A DNA stretch of 64,000 nucleotides from Octopus sinensis (taxonomy: Eukaryota). The notes beneath the pieces are model-generated. The model was not told the DNA's origin and made no database searches. It saw only the letters and a program-made list of their open reading frames with translations. Of the stretch, positions 26,605 to 35,518 are shown in pieces (within the stretch, counting starts at the first letter, position 1; each line of letters begins with the position of its first letter). The DNA is taken from positions 138,074,001-138,138,000 of the forward strand of contig NC_042997.1 in the NCBI RefSeq assembly GCF_006345805.1. The letters run 5' to 3'. A program made the position numbers and the translations under genes.

Positions 26605-29600
26605 ATATATACATATACATACATACATACAATGGTCTTCTTTCAGTTTCTGTCAACCAAATCCACTCAAAAGGCTTTGGTTGGTCCAAGGCTATAGAAG
26701 ACACTTGCCAAAGGTGCCACACAGTGGGACTGACCCTGGAATCATGTGGTTGGGAAGCAAGCTTCTTACCACACAGTCACACATATATATTTTATGTATT
26801 TATGTGTGTATATAGTATATGTGTGTGTGTGTGTGCGCACATGCGTCTCCTTGAATTGGTATCATGTGAGTTGTAAATGTCAGTCATGCAAGCAATGTTC
26901 TTCATTTCCAATCTTCCATGAAAACATGTTTAGTCATGGGGAAATACTACCTTGCATGGAAACAGGTGAGGATTGGCGACAAGAAGGGCATCAGACTGTA
27001 GAAAATCTGCCTCAATAAACTCCACCTGACCCATGCAATCATGAAAAAGTGGATATTAAAATAATGATGATGGTGTTATTTAGGCTTGCAGGAGTTTTAA
27101 GGAGAATTAATTCATAGGTCATGAATAGTTAATGTTCTGGTTTTTTTTTTAAATCTCAACTTTCTCAGAAGAAAAGCAGACAAAGTGGAATAAAAAAGTA
27201 AATATTTTTTTGTTACCTGTCATTACTGCACGTCCCTTTGGATCAACAGCCAAGAACTGACCGGGGACAATCCTCCGACAACCACTCTTGCCAAATGTCT
27301 CTTGATGGATCTAAAATAAGAAACAATAATCAGTTATTTGTACTGAATAAATATAAGCTTTAAAAATGAAAAATAGAAGTTGAAGAATAAAATTATGAGA
27401 AACAATACACAAGTATACAAAACACTAGTATATGTATATTTCAAGAACAAAATTATATATACATGCACACTTTGTTTTCCAACCACATGGTTCTGGGTTC
27501 AGTCCCGCTTTGTGACACCTTGGACAAGTGTCTTCTACTATAGCCTTAGGCTAACCAAAGCCTTGTGAATGAATTTGGTAAACAGAAACTGAAATAAGCC
27601 CATCATATGTTTGTGTGTGTGTGTATACTAACTTGAAAGTCACACTCTGTGCAGACTTTTAAGCTAGCTCCTGCGAAGGGTTAATTGGACCTGCAACCCA
27701 AAGCTAAAGAGAGCCATAATAATAATAAAGCATTTATTGGTGTCCTACCAACATGGTATTACTTTAAATTCATTTTAAATGAAAAACTTGTAAGTTCACA
27801 AATTTTTTGGATTCTTTTAAAATTTGAATTTTTAACTGTAAACATATAACAGATCCTCATCCAGGCCTGATCCCAACGCTGGATATTCAAGAACCAAATG
27901 AAGGGCAGATTTTCAATCCCAGGATCATCCTGGTCCCATAGAGCAAATGTAGACTAAGATACAGGGGTCCCAGATGGACAGACAAACAGAATTGTTTATA
28001 TATATACACACACACATCACTTTATTTCATTTTGCTCCAGTCCACTCAGCAGTAAATGAGCAACCCTGTGATGCACTAGCATCCTATTCAGTGGGAATAT
28101 GATTTCAGTCACTTATATGCCATGGAAACTGGGTAACAAACCCAATGAGTTTTAGAAATCAAGATAGTACTTTCCTATAGTACCATTACTATATATGTGT
28201 TTGGTTGCTCCACTTGTTAGAATAAGCAGCCAAGTCACCCTTAAATTATCCTCTTCAGTCTTTAAAAAAATAAGAGTTCAATTGATCTTATAACAAATAA
28301 AATCTAACCTCTTTTTAATGTAGTTGCATAATTCTTTATAACAGTTGGATGACAGAAACCAGGGGTAATACATAAGGGTGAAATAGCCTCAATTTGCATG
28401 TTCAAAGCAAATAAGCAATTTCAATAATGGATAGCAAAAAGGAAATGCTAATTAGATAAATATAATATTACCTTTTCAAATGCATTTTTAGATGGAAGAT
28501 ATTCAAGGATGACAATCCTTCCGGAATCAGATCCAACAATAATATAATCTGAAAAGAAACAGATTTTGAAATTAGAGAGTGGAAAATTTTAGATAAAGAA
28601 AAGGTGTACAAATGGAGTGGAAAATATTAACAGTGAAAAACAACAGTTCTTTCATTTCACACACTATCTATGTTCAAATCCCAAATCACACACCATGTCA
28701 AAACATGCTTTCTTTAAGAGTTTGTAAATATATATAAGTCTCTTACAGAAGTTTATAAAAAAATGTGAAATAGAAGACACATTATTCTGTGGAGAAACTA
28801 ATATTCTTTAACCAGTTTCACCTCTATCAATTATTAAAATTGTTTGTATTTCATGCATGAGAAAAAGAGAAAAGGAGGCAGGACCTCTATCAGTCCAAGC
28901 TGACTGAATCTACACATATCTGTACAAGCCTGAACTAGATTTTTTTGTAAGAAGACTGACAGTTGTCCATACAGACAAGTCTCTCATCTCCATGACACCA
29001 ATGTTTATCCAAGGGAAAGGCTGCCAACTTTAGCTAATACAGCTTGGCATTGCTTCCAGCACACAAAATGCTGGAACAGCTACTACTAAGCAATTTGCTA
29101 GATCCTCTAACAGTGCCACCAAACCTTACACTGGATTGGTAATTTTTTAATGACTCAAAAAGGATGAAAGACAAAGATAAGAACTCAGAACACAGACAGT
29201 ACTGTGAGGCATAATAACAATTCCAATTCACCACTTTCAAGACAAAGTAATTAACACAAGAGAAGCAAACTCAATATGTTCATCGGGTGATTTACTCTAC
29301 AGCAAGCATTCAGATCAGGTTTCTGTTCTAAGGATAAATACTTCCTTAGATGCCCTAAAAATGAGGGTATAGATGCTATCCTTCATCATATGATTAACAT
29401 TGAGAAAAAAATAAAACAAAGCAAATTATTTTGAGGTCATTACCAATAAGCGTGTATAGAAATCCTATCACACTTGTCAAAAGGAAAACAAAGTTAGCTA
29501 AAGCTATATAAAGAAAAGTAATTGTTCTAGCCAACAATAAAATGTTATAGTTTCAGGTTCTCAACAGTTACACTTTAACAAAATCATAATTAGAGTTAGC

Positions 29601-29872
29601 TACTGATAAAAATCTAAAAAAAAAAAAAAAAAAAAAAAAAACTTACCTTTAGTTCCACCTGTAAGTCGAAAAGGTAACAAAGCTCTTATCACACCAAATA
29701 TCTCAACAGTTAAAATAGTGTAGACTTTCCCTGTGTTAGGGTCAGGACGCAAAAGCTCTAAGATTTTGCCCCTTGATACAATAACTTCCTGCTGTTTAGT
29801 TCCAGAGAAATTACCATGGACAGCTTGAGTTATTCCTGTTGCTCGTTGTAATGTCAAATTGTACAGAAACAT
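1155..29872 (-). CDS. SF3B3: Splicing factor 3B subunit 3 (SAP130/Rse1), multi-exon CDS, 3'-partial (continues left of window)
   Basis: 21 exons with GT-AG boundaries and consistent phases join into 2952 nt = 984 codons without a stop, from [13 protein letters not shown] to [10 protein letters not shown]; closely matches metazoan SF3B3 as I recall it. Confidence 0.99.
1578..1783 (-). CDS. SF3B3: SF3B3 coding exon 20
   Basis: [68 protein letters not shown](S); tttttag| ... |gtttgt; 206 nt. Confidence 0.97.
2221..2441. mobile_element. piggyBac-like MITE (family H)
   Basis: TTAA on both sides; termini TCCTTTAGCATT / AATGCTAAAGGG. Related pieces at ~23000-23222, ~24117-24230, ~32140-32169 and ~36775-37000. 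Confidence 0.7.
3241..3415 (-). CDS. SF3B3: SF3B3 coding exon 19
   Basis: [58 protein letters not shown]; ctttcag| ... |gttggt; 175 nt. Confidence 0.97.
4562..4716 (-). CDS. SF3B3: SF3B3 coding exon 18
   Basis: [51 protein letters not shown](R); ccctgcag| ... |gtaagc; 155 nt. Confidence 0.98.
4809..4931 (-). CDS. SF3B3: SF3B3 coding exon 17
   Basis: [41 protein letters not shown]; poly-T acag| ... |gtaagt; 123 nt. Confidence 0.98.
5447..5640 (+). mobile_element. RTE LINE ORF2 C-terminal fragment, degraded
   Basis: Homologous to 31245-31420 and to the reverse of 52420-52520 (L.VEG...RGRPRKTW..DL..LGLT..MT.DRD pattern). Confidence 0.6.
5888..5974. repeat. (CT)n(CA)n compound microsatellite
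   Basis: Directly visible; one of many (AT)n, (CA)n, (ATT)n and (ATC)n tracts (e.g. 1013-1066, 8955-8990, 16509-16545, 43607-43672). Confidence 0.95.
6120..6263 (-). CDS. SF3B3: SF3B3 coding exon 16
   Basis: [48 protein letters not shown]; gtttcag| ... |gttaga; 144 nt. Confidence 0.97.
6802..6940 (+). mobile_element. Family F repeat, 5' fragment truncated by a piggyBac-like element
   Basis: GACTTTTAAGCTAGCTCCTGC..GGGCTAAT..GG motif shared with 27636-27990 and 62030-62405. Confidence 0.6.
6941..7236 (+). mobile_element. piggyBac-like element 5' fragment related to 32806-33743
   Basis: TTAA then ACCTTTCGATACC; shares CAAATCTC.TTAGTACATTC.TGAAAACA.GTG and TTTGAAAATGGATAGG.GTTTCATG.TATCAAGCA.TGATTC with the 32806 element. 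Confidence 0.6.
7246..7527 (-). mobile_element. Family D tRNA-headed short element with hammerhead-like motif, copy X, plus a short inverted second head
   Basis: Minus strand: tRNA-like head GGGCATATGGCGTAGTGGTTAAGAGC..GAGTTCAATTCC (A/B boxes), (AAT)n linker, body, HHR-like motif, (AAATAATGT)n tail. Confidence 0.7.
7299..7342 (-). ncRNA. Degenerate minimal type I hammerhead ribozyme motif (copy X)
   Basis: ACAC TTGATGA A GGCTA GAGGGTATAT CAGCT GAAA T GTT GTGT; core C3 mutated to T, so probably inactive. Confidence 0.5.
7948..8103 (-). CDS. SF3B3: SF3B3 coding exon 15
   Basis: [52 protein letters not shown]; tattag| ... |gtaagt; 156 nt. Confidence 0.97.
8348..8840. repeat. Local inverted duplication, arms 8348-8480 and 8708-8840
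   Basis: ~133 bp arms with about 6 mismatches and a perfect central ~80 bp; the spacer is a SINE 3' part. Confidence 0.9.
9847..10002 (-). CDS. SF3B3: SF3B3 coding exon 14
   Basis: [52 protein letters not shown]; atttcag| ... |gtaagt; 156 nt. Confidence 0.98.
10196..10347 (-). CDS. SF3B3: SF3B3 coding exon 13
   Basis: [51 protein letters not shown]; cttccag| ... |gtaaga; 152 nt. Confidence 0.98.
13409..13481 (-). CDS. SF3B3: SF3B3 coding exon 12
   Basis: [24 protein letters not shown]; cattag| ... |gtaaaa; 73 nt. Confidence 0.97.
14557..14771 (+). mobile_element. Tc1/mariner-derived MITE (family E), second copy
   Basis: TA|CGAGGGGATGCTGAAAAGTTCCTGG 5' TIR; degenerate 3' TIR; same body as 745-964. 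Confidence 0.7.
15179..15274 (-). CDS. SF3B3: SF3B3 coding exon 11
   Basis: [32 protein letters not shown]; taccag| ... |gtattt; 96 nt. Confidence 0.97.
16509..17263 (+). mobile_element. Non-autonomous Helitron-like element
   Basis: 3' end CCCAAGCAACGCCGGG-N8-CTAG|T (hairpin plus CTAG); three internal GAAAAATCGATAAACC.ATTCC subrepeats; starts at an (AT)n tract; 5' TC not confirmed. Confidence 0.6.
17415..17580 (-). CDS. SF3B3: SF3B3 coding exon 10
   Basis: [55 protein letters not shown]; tttgcag| ... |gtgaga; 166 nt. Confidence 0.97.
17700..18065 (-). mobile_element. tRNA-derived SINE family B, near full-length
   Basis: Head (GGCTGTGTGGTAAGAAG.TTGCTT..AACCA.ATGGTT), conserved middle (GACAAGTGTCTTCTACTATAGCC..CCAAAGCCTTGTGAGTGGATTT) and 3' part. 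Other copies near 2030, 8270, 9340, 14830, 25860, 26030, 26635, 27478, 32190, 36005, 37165, 43437, 49760 and 51165. Confidence 0.75.
18307..18410 (-). CDS. SF3B3: SF3B3 coding exon 9
   Basis: [34 protein letters not shown](H); tgtcag| ... |gtaagt; 104 nt. Confidence 0.97.
19254..19328 (-). CDS. SF3B3: SF3B3 coding exon 8
   Basis: [25 protein letters not shown]; atttcag| ... |gtgagt; 75 nt. Confidence 0.97.
20670..20732 (-). CDS. SF3B3: SF3B3 coding exon 7
   Basis: [21 protein letters not shown]; tttaaag| ... |gtactg; 63 nt. Confidence 0.96.
21030..21142 (-). CDS. SF3B3: SF3B3 coding exon 6
   Basis: [38 protein letters not shown]; unusual acceptor aacaacaacag| ... |gtaaga; 113 nt. Confidence 0.96.
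21202..21853 (-). mobile_element. Three tandem tRNA-derived SINE family C copies separated by (AAT)n
   Basis: Units ~21202-21419, 21437-21631 and 21650-21853, each with GAGTTCAAAT B-box and GTC(G/A)ACTTTGCC.TTCATCCTTT motif; abuts the exon 6 acceptor. Confidence 0.8.
23500..23641 (-). CDS. SF3B3: SF3B3 coding exon 5
   Basis: [47 protein letters not shown]; ttttag| ... |gtaagt; 142 nt. Confidence 0.97.
24586..24758 (-). CDS. SF3B3: SF3B3 coding exon 4
   Basis: [30 protein letters not shown]...FACLEIDYE; tttacag| ... |gtaaga; 173 nt. Confidence 0.97.
24950..25146 (-). mobile_element. SINE family C copy
   Basis: Same head and body motifs as 56842-57070. Further copies near 3960, 12920, 41160, 46000, 51755, 54135, 58905 and 63040. 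Confidence 0.75.
26281..26567 (-). mobile_element. RTE LINE 3' UTR fragment (family A), young copy
   Basis: (CAT)n TTTAGCATCCGTTTTCCATGCTAGCATGGGTTGGACGG..; CpGs retained; ~60 bp tandem unit as in 1-270. Confidence 0.75.
27217..27310 (-). CDS. SF3B3: SF3B3 coding exon 3
   Basis: [31 protein letters not shown]; ttttag| ... |gtaaca; 94 nt. Confidence 0.97.
27636..27990 (+). mobile_element. Family F repeat (possible Helitron/Helentron-type non-autonomous element)
   Basis: Full-length relative of 62030-62405; ends in (GACA)n GAATT..TTTAT, which resembles Lep1-type Helitron tails; classification tentative. Confidence 0.45.
28015..28140 (+). mobile_element. SINE fragment with Nin/Deu-like central domain
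   Basis: TTGCTCCAGTCCACTCAGCAGTAAATGAG resembles the Nin/Deu SINE domain as I recall it; related motif in the 50420-50748 element. Confidence 0.4.
28472..28548 (-). CDS. SF3B3: SF3B3 coding exon 2
   Basis: [26 protein letters not shown]; ttttcag| ... |gtaata; 77 nt. Confidence 0.97.
29647..29872 (-). CDS. SF3B3: SF3B3 coding exon 1 (exon starts at 29880 with 8 nt of UTR)
   Basis: [30 protein letters not shown]...FRLTGGTK; acceptor cttcag|GCATCACCATG, donor G|gtaagt; 226 nt. Confidence 0.98.
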
Positions 29873-30380
29873 GGTGATGCCTGAAGTAAAATGAAAATGG
29901 AAAACATGAGTATATAACATGAAAAAATTTCAGTGTAGATGAAGTAATGATAGGTTAAGGGTAGGATACATTTCTGGCAATACATGCCTACTAAACCCAC
30001 CAATTGCTGCTTCAAGATGTGGAAGGTTTGTGAATTGGATATGGGCTAGAGTGCAGACTTTGATATTTATGTGGGATACGAACATAATGGATGAAGACAA
30101 AATGGATTAGGACATGATATTGAATGGTCTTTAACTGACCCCTTTCATTAACACAGACAATTCTATTTTAACTGTTTTTCTGCAGTGATTCTGACAGAAT
30201 AACTTGCCTTAAAGAACATGTATAACAACAGTACAATAAGGGGCAATTGCAAAGTGCTACCTCAAGAAACAAAATTTACTAAGCTGATGGGACACTTTCC
30301 AGATGTAAAAGGGAAACATGTTAACCACCTCATACAAGGACAAACATATATTTTTGTGAGGTTGGTGCTACTGATCATCA

Positions 30381-30660
30381 ACATCATCATTATTTAACAT
30401 CCATATTCCATGCTGGGTTGGATAGTTTGACAGGATCCAATGTGTTCAAAGATCATATTGAGTTCCTGGTCCTTTGTCATCTGTCAGGCTTAGGATCCTG
30501 AGGTCAGGATTCACCAGTTCATACCATGACTATCTGGGCTTCACCTCTTCCACAACTTACAGCTACATTAAGCAAATGGCACTTCTTTATACAGCTGTCC
30601 TCATCTATATGCATTACATGTCCATACCACATGTTGATGCTGAAGGCAAGCAAGCCTACT
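30381..30660 (-). mobile_element. RTE LINE 3' fragment
   Basis: Tail plus degraded ORF2 C-terminus (..HVMHIDEDSCIKKCHLLNV..CGRG pattern on minus strand). Confidence 0.6.
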
Positions 30661-31244
30661 TATATTGCATATAATAAACACGTTATTGGTAAATCCAACC
30701 AATATCATGCTTATTACCTATTTGGACAGCCTGGAAAGAAATGGGATACATTTCATAGCTTTTAGCCTATTTAACTACAGTGAATTCTTTTATTGCATGC
30801 ATGAAAAGCTATAAGGTACTGCTACCACCAAAAGACTACTATCACATGAAATTTGGTGTTGATTTTGTATCTTAGCTACAAAGAGGCTACTCTTCCCATA
30901 TGCAATGGGCTAGAAAAAATGTAAAATTGACTGATGTAAGAATTATATAATTATAAACAGAGAATAATGATTTCTGTAAGATTGAGAAATAAATTATAGG
31001 AATGAAATGTGTAGAATGTGTTCATTGTAAAAGAGAAAAACTGCTAAAGACTATCAAGTTGAAACCTCTTTTAGAGATTTGTTTTGTGAAGTGCCAATGT
31101 GTAAAATGGGGTTTGGATTAATTTCATGACAGAAATACAACATGAAAATATTTTATTAAATCTGTAGTTTGAGAGAAATGCAATTATTATATAATCCTTA
31201 CATTTGAACACAATGTGCGAAAATGGGAGATCTCTATATGTGCT

Positions 31245-31592
31245 AATCCCTAACTGTGGAGGGAACCAGTGGAAGAGGTAGACCCAGGAAGACATGGGAC
31301 GAGGTGGTGAAGCATGATCTTTGGGTGTTGGATCTCAGAGACAATGACAAGTGATTGAGACTTTTGGCAATTTTCTGTGCTTGAGAAGACTTGTCAAGCC
31401 AAGTGAGATCGTAGTCATGGCCAGTATCAGTGACATGTAAAAAGGCACTCACTACACTCTTGGATTGGTTGGCATTAGGAAGGGCATCCAGCTGTAGAAA
31501 CCAAGCCAAATCAGACTGGAGCTTAGTGCAGTTCCAGTCAAACCATCTAACCCATGCCAGCATAGAAAACAGATGCTAAATGATGATGATGA
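31245..31592 (+). mobile_element. RTE LINE 3' end (ORF2 C-terminus + 3' UTR + (ATG)n tail)
   Basis: LTVEGTSGRGRPRKTWDEVVKHDL followed by the family A UTR and TAAATGATGATGATGAT; shows that family A tails are LINE 3' ends. Confidence 0.8.
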
Positions 31593-32805
31593 TATTAACT
31601 TTCACTATGTACACACCTATACTAATTTATGTTTCTGTTAACAAGCTTTTTTATTGGACCCAGTTATCTACTAAGTAAATTATCTGAGTAGACTACCATT
31701 AGTAAGTATATTGACTAATAAAAGAGTTTTGTACTTTCTTTTAAATGGAAATGTTTGAATGAAATATAGAGAAAGAATGAAATTTTGTATTGATTATACC
31801 TACTCTCAAGGTGAGACAAAATTGTTGGAGATCAACATTTGGGTCGTTGTTGGGTAATTTTAATAACAAAACGAAACGTACAACAGATAAAGATTCAATT
31901 TTAGTGCTTATTCATAAAGTCATTGCTTTTACACCTATTAACTAATTTCACCTGTCCATATAAACCAAATTTAACAAAAAACAACATCAGGTAAAAATAC
32001 ATAACCATAAATCACTGGTATTTAAACACCTACACACAAAATATCAAGACTGCACGTAACAAAATTAACAAGGTTACAAACAATTATTGTTGATCCCTGT
32101 CTTGAGTATGATTAACACAAAATAGTGTGAATAATCATTGTTTGACAGAGTAAGCTAAATGCTCAAGGGTTAAAAATATCTTTTATCTTTTACTCGTTTC
32201 AGTCATTAGACTGTGGCCTTGCTGGGGCACCACCTTAAAGAATTTTAAGTCGAATGTATTGACCCCAGTACTTATCAATTTCAAGCCTAGTACTTTGGTA
32301 CATATTTTATCAGTATCTTTAACCAAACAACTAAGTTATGGGACATAAACACACCAACACTGGTTGTGAAGTGGTGGCAGTCAAACACATACACACGCGC
32401 ACACACACATATATATATAATACAATGGGATTCTTTCAATTTCTGTCTACCATATCCACTCACAAGGCTTTGGTTGGCCCAGGGCTGTAGAAAACACTCG
32501 CCCATGGCTCCATGCAGTGGGACTGAACCTGGAACCATGTGACTGGAAATTCAAGCTTCTTACCACACAGCTATGCCTCAATATATAAAGGTTTTTTTAT
32601 ACACATCTAAGTTGCATATTTTTGAGTTAACAGACAATCCTCACTTAAGAATACTCTTTAGTTTATCTACTGATGAACAAATAAATACATTAATAACCAT
32701 GCCAAATGAAACTTCAGCACCAATTTGGCATTGATGTAGAAGAAATGAAAAACCACAAGCTAAATTTAAATCTCAGGCAGGAAATAATGTAGCTATGGTT
32801 CTTAA

Positions 32806-33743
32806 CCCTTTCGTTACCAAACCGCTCAAAGCCACCCGAAAAAAATTTTGGTTAATGTGACCAAACCGCCCAAAGCTGCCCGAATTTACCTATTCATATT
32901 TAAATGAGAATATCAGAGCAAATCTCTTTAGTACATTCGTGAAAACACGTGATTATGCTTCGTAAACAGTTAATCTACAGTTTTGTACAACGATCGACGT
33001 GTAATTTTAATTCCCTGAATTTTGGGAGATTTTTTTTCACATTTTTTTCGGCATCGATTTTTCTTCAACTTTGAAAATGGATAGGAGTTTCATGTTATCA
33101 AGCATTGATTCCGAATTGGAAAATTTGTGAAACAAATACTAGGTACTGTTGTGGATTTAGTTTTTATACAGGGACAATAATGTTAGTCAGCATGGCCTAG
33201 GGAACGATGTGGTCTGGAATTTATCACTTCCATACCATAACCAGGGCCGTATATTATTTTTTGACCGATTTCTTTAGTTCGGTCAAACTTACGGTGGATT
33301 CCAGTATTTCACTTTATTCCACCTTTATGGTACACCTGTTGTGCATTAAATTCAACTGATGATATAGTGATGTGCACAATTCTTCTTTATCAAAATTTTG
33401 TTGCATACCCATTTGAATATTAACTGATGATTCATTTTCTATGGTGATGTTTAAACAAAATTTTAATTTGTTACCTTTTGCTCAATTTAAAATTTTAATA
33501 TTTTTACCTTTTGCTCAATTTACCTGGATTTACCTGTAATTAAAGTCACTTTGAGACAAAAGTTATGCAATAGAATTGATTAAGAACCCTTTCTTTAATT
33601 ATGTTCCAAATATCACATTAATATGTTGATAAGTAAAACAGTTACAGTTATTTAATGAAACAAGCCTAGATTCATGATTATTTTAGAATTTAATTGAAAC
33701 TCATGAGGGGTGTATTTTGGTCAGAAATATAGTAATGAAAGGG
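32806..33743. mobile_element. Non-autonomous piggyBac-like element, 938 bp
   Basis: TTAA|CCCTTTCGTTAC ... GTAATGAAAGGG|TTAA (11/12 TIR match, TTAA TSD); left half CpG-rich; no ORF. Confidence 0.8.
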
Positions 33744-33988
33744 TTAATGGTGAACACAATAATATGAGCTCATGCAGATCAAACAAAGGCACAAGTATTG
33801 AAAATGAAGAAAATGCAGAATCAGTCCCTCAGGCTTTGGATGATATTCCAGACTCAATAAAGATTGTGATTTGATAATACAAGAACAAACATTCCAAATA
33901 GAGTTAGACACAATTCTTGGAATAATGACAGGAATTAAACCAATTCTGTTCTGAGAAATATGATATCATTATTATGCTAACATTACTG

Positions 33989-34455
33989 AAGGTGGCGAGC
34001 TGGCAGAAACATTAGCACTCTGGGCGAAATGCTTAGTGGTATTTCATCTGTCTTAACAGCTTTTCATCCATCTTTACATTCTGAGTTTAAATTCTGCCAA
34101 GGTCAACTTTGCCTTTCATCCTTTCAGGGTTGATAAATTAAGTACCAGTTGCGTACTGAGGTCAATCTAATCAACTTGCCCCCTTCCCAAAATTTCAGGA
34201 CTTGTGTCTAGAGTAGAAAAGAACATTACTGTATAAGGCAGTGAGCTGGCAGAATCGTTAGCACACGAGGCAAAATGCTTAACAGCTTTTCATCCATCTT
34301 TACATTCTAAGTTCAAATTCTGCTGAGGTCAACTTTGCCTTTCATTCTTCCAGGGTGAATAAAATAAATACCAGTTGAGCACTGGGGGTTGATGAAATCA
34401 ACTTATCCCTTTCCCCGAACTCACTGGCCTTGAATCAAAATTTGAAACCAATATT
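33989..34455 (+). mobile_element. Two tandem SINE family C copies
   Basis: Heads AAGGTGGCGAGCTGGCAGAA (~33989) and AAGGCAGTGAGCTGGCAGAA (~34236). Confidence 0.8.
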
Positions 34456-35118
34456 ACTGTATGCATTTTACATATCTGCATGTGACTGGATTTATCTAAT
34501 GTAGCTAATAGGTCAATATAACAGCTTGGAAATGTAAATAATCACATATTCAACTGTGACTGTATTTAGATAAATGCTGTCAGGTGGGTAGTGATATATG
34601 AACAAATGTCTTCAGCTGGTTGCAAGAATGAACCAGAAAATATATATAGCCGACCTAAGCATGTTTTTCAGTTTGCCGAGTTGAGACAAGGTTGTGCTGA
34701 AGTGGATGATTCATCATTAATTGTTTGTAATATTTGGAGAATTATCTTGCAGCTCATACTAGATTCTGTGATTTGATGCTTTGGTAATCAATTTTGGAAA
34801 TATAATTTCATGATGCTAAATAGGCTGCATTATGTATCTACAATAAGAATTTGCACACAAGCACAATGGCAAGTCTTTAGCTTCTTATGCATAAAGGAAC
34901 CTATCTTTTGTGATAAGAGTTTACTTTACAGAAAATGTCAGAAGCAATTTACATAGTGTAACATGGCTTTATCTGAAGTAGTGTTAAGTCATGATGGTAA
35001 GTGTCTGATAAATGTTACTATAGAGATGAGTTTAGTTACCTTTAAACATGGAATGAATTCCAAACCTTAATATGAGTGTTTGTAGCAGTTACTAGAGCTG
35101 TAATACACGAACAAAAAA

Positions 35119-35334
35119 CATTATTTACATTTGACAGATATTTGTCATCTTGTTTGTTGTTAACACAATGTTTTGGCTGATGTACTCTCCAGCCTTCATC
35201 AGGTATCCTGGGGGAATTTCAAACCTGGGTTCTCATTCCTAAGGTATTTTTCTAATGTTCTTATTATTATTATTCAGGTCACTGCTTGGAATCTTGGGGT
35301 TAATAGTCCACGCTCTTAACCACTACGCCATATG
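35119..35334 (-). mobile_element. Family D element, copy Y
   Basis: tRNA-like head with small deletion, (AAT)n, body and HHR-like motif at 35163-35206 (ATAC CTGATGA A GGCTG GAGAGTACAT CAGCC AAAA C ATT GTGT). Confidence 0.7.
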
Positions 35335-35518
35335 GAGTGAATTTTAGGGTTTATAAATCTAATATTTTCCTATCCTTCCTTAATACAGGTTCCCATATGC
35401 TACTCATATCTGCACTAGGTCTGCTTAGGAGGTTATTATGTCCTAGGATATGTGCTGCCCCTTTTAGTTTTTGTATTTTCCAGTGGTGTTCTCTGTCTAT
35501 TATTTTAATTTCATCCCA

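Noticed and set aside
26321-26876. Several overlapping ORFs of 110-164 aa
   Set aside because: They are read-throughs of an RTE tail, an (AT)n microsatellite and a SINE; poly-YI/IY content is a microsatellite artefact. The same applies to most other 60-110 aa ORFs in the track.
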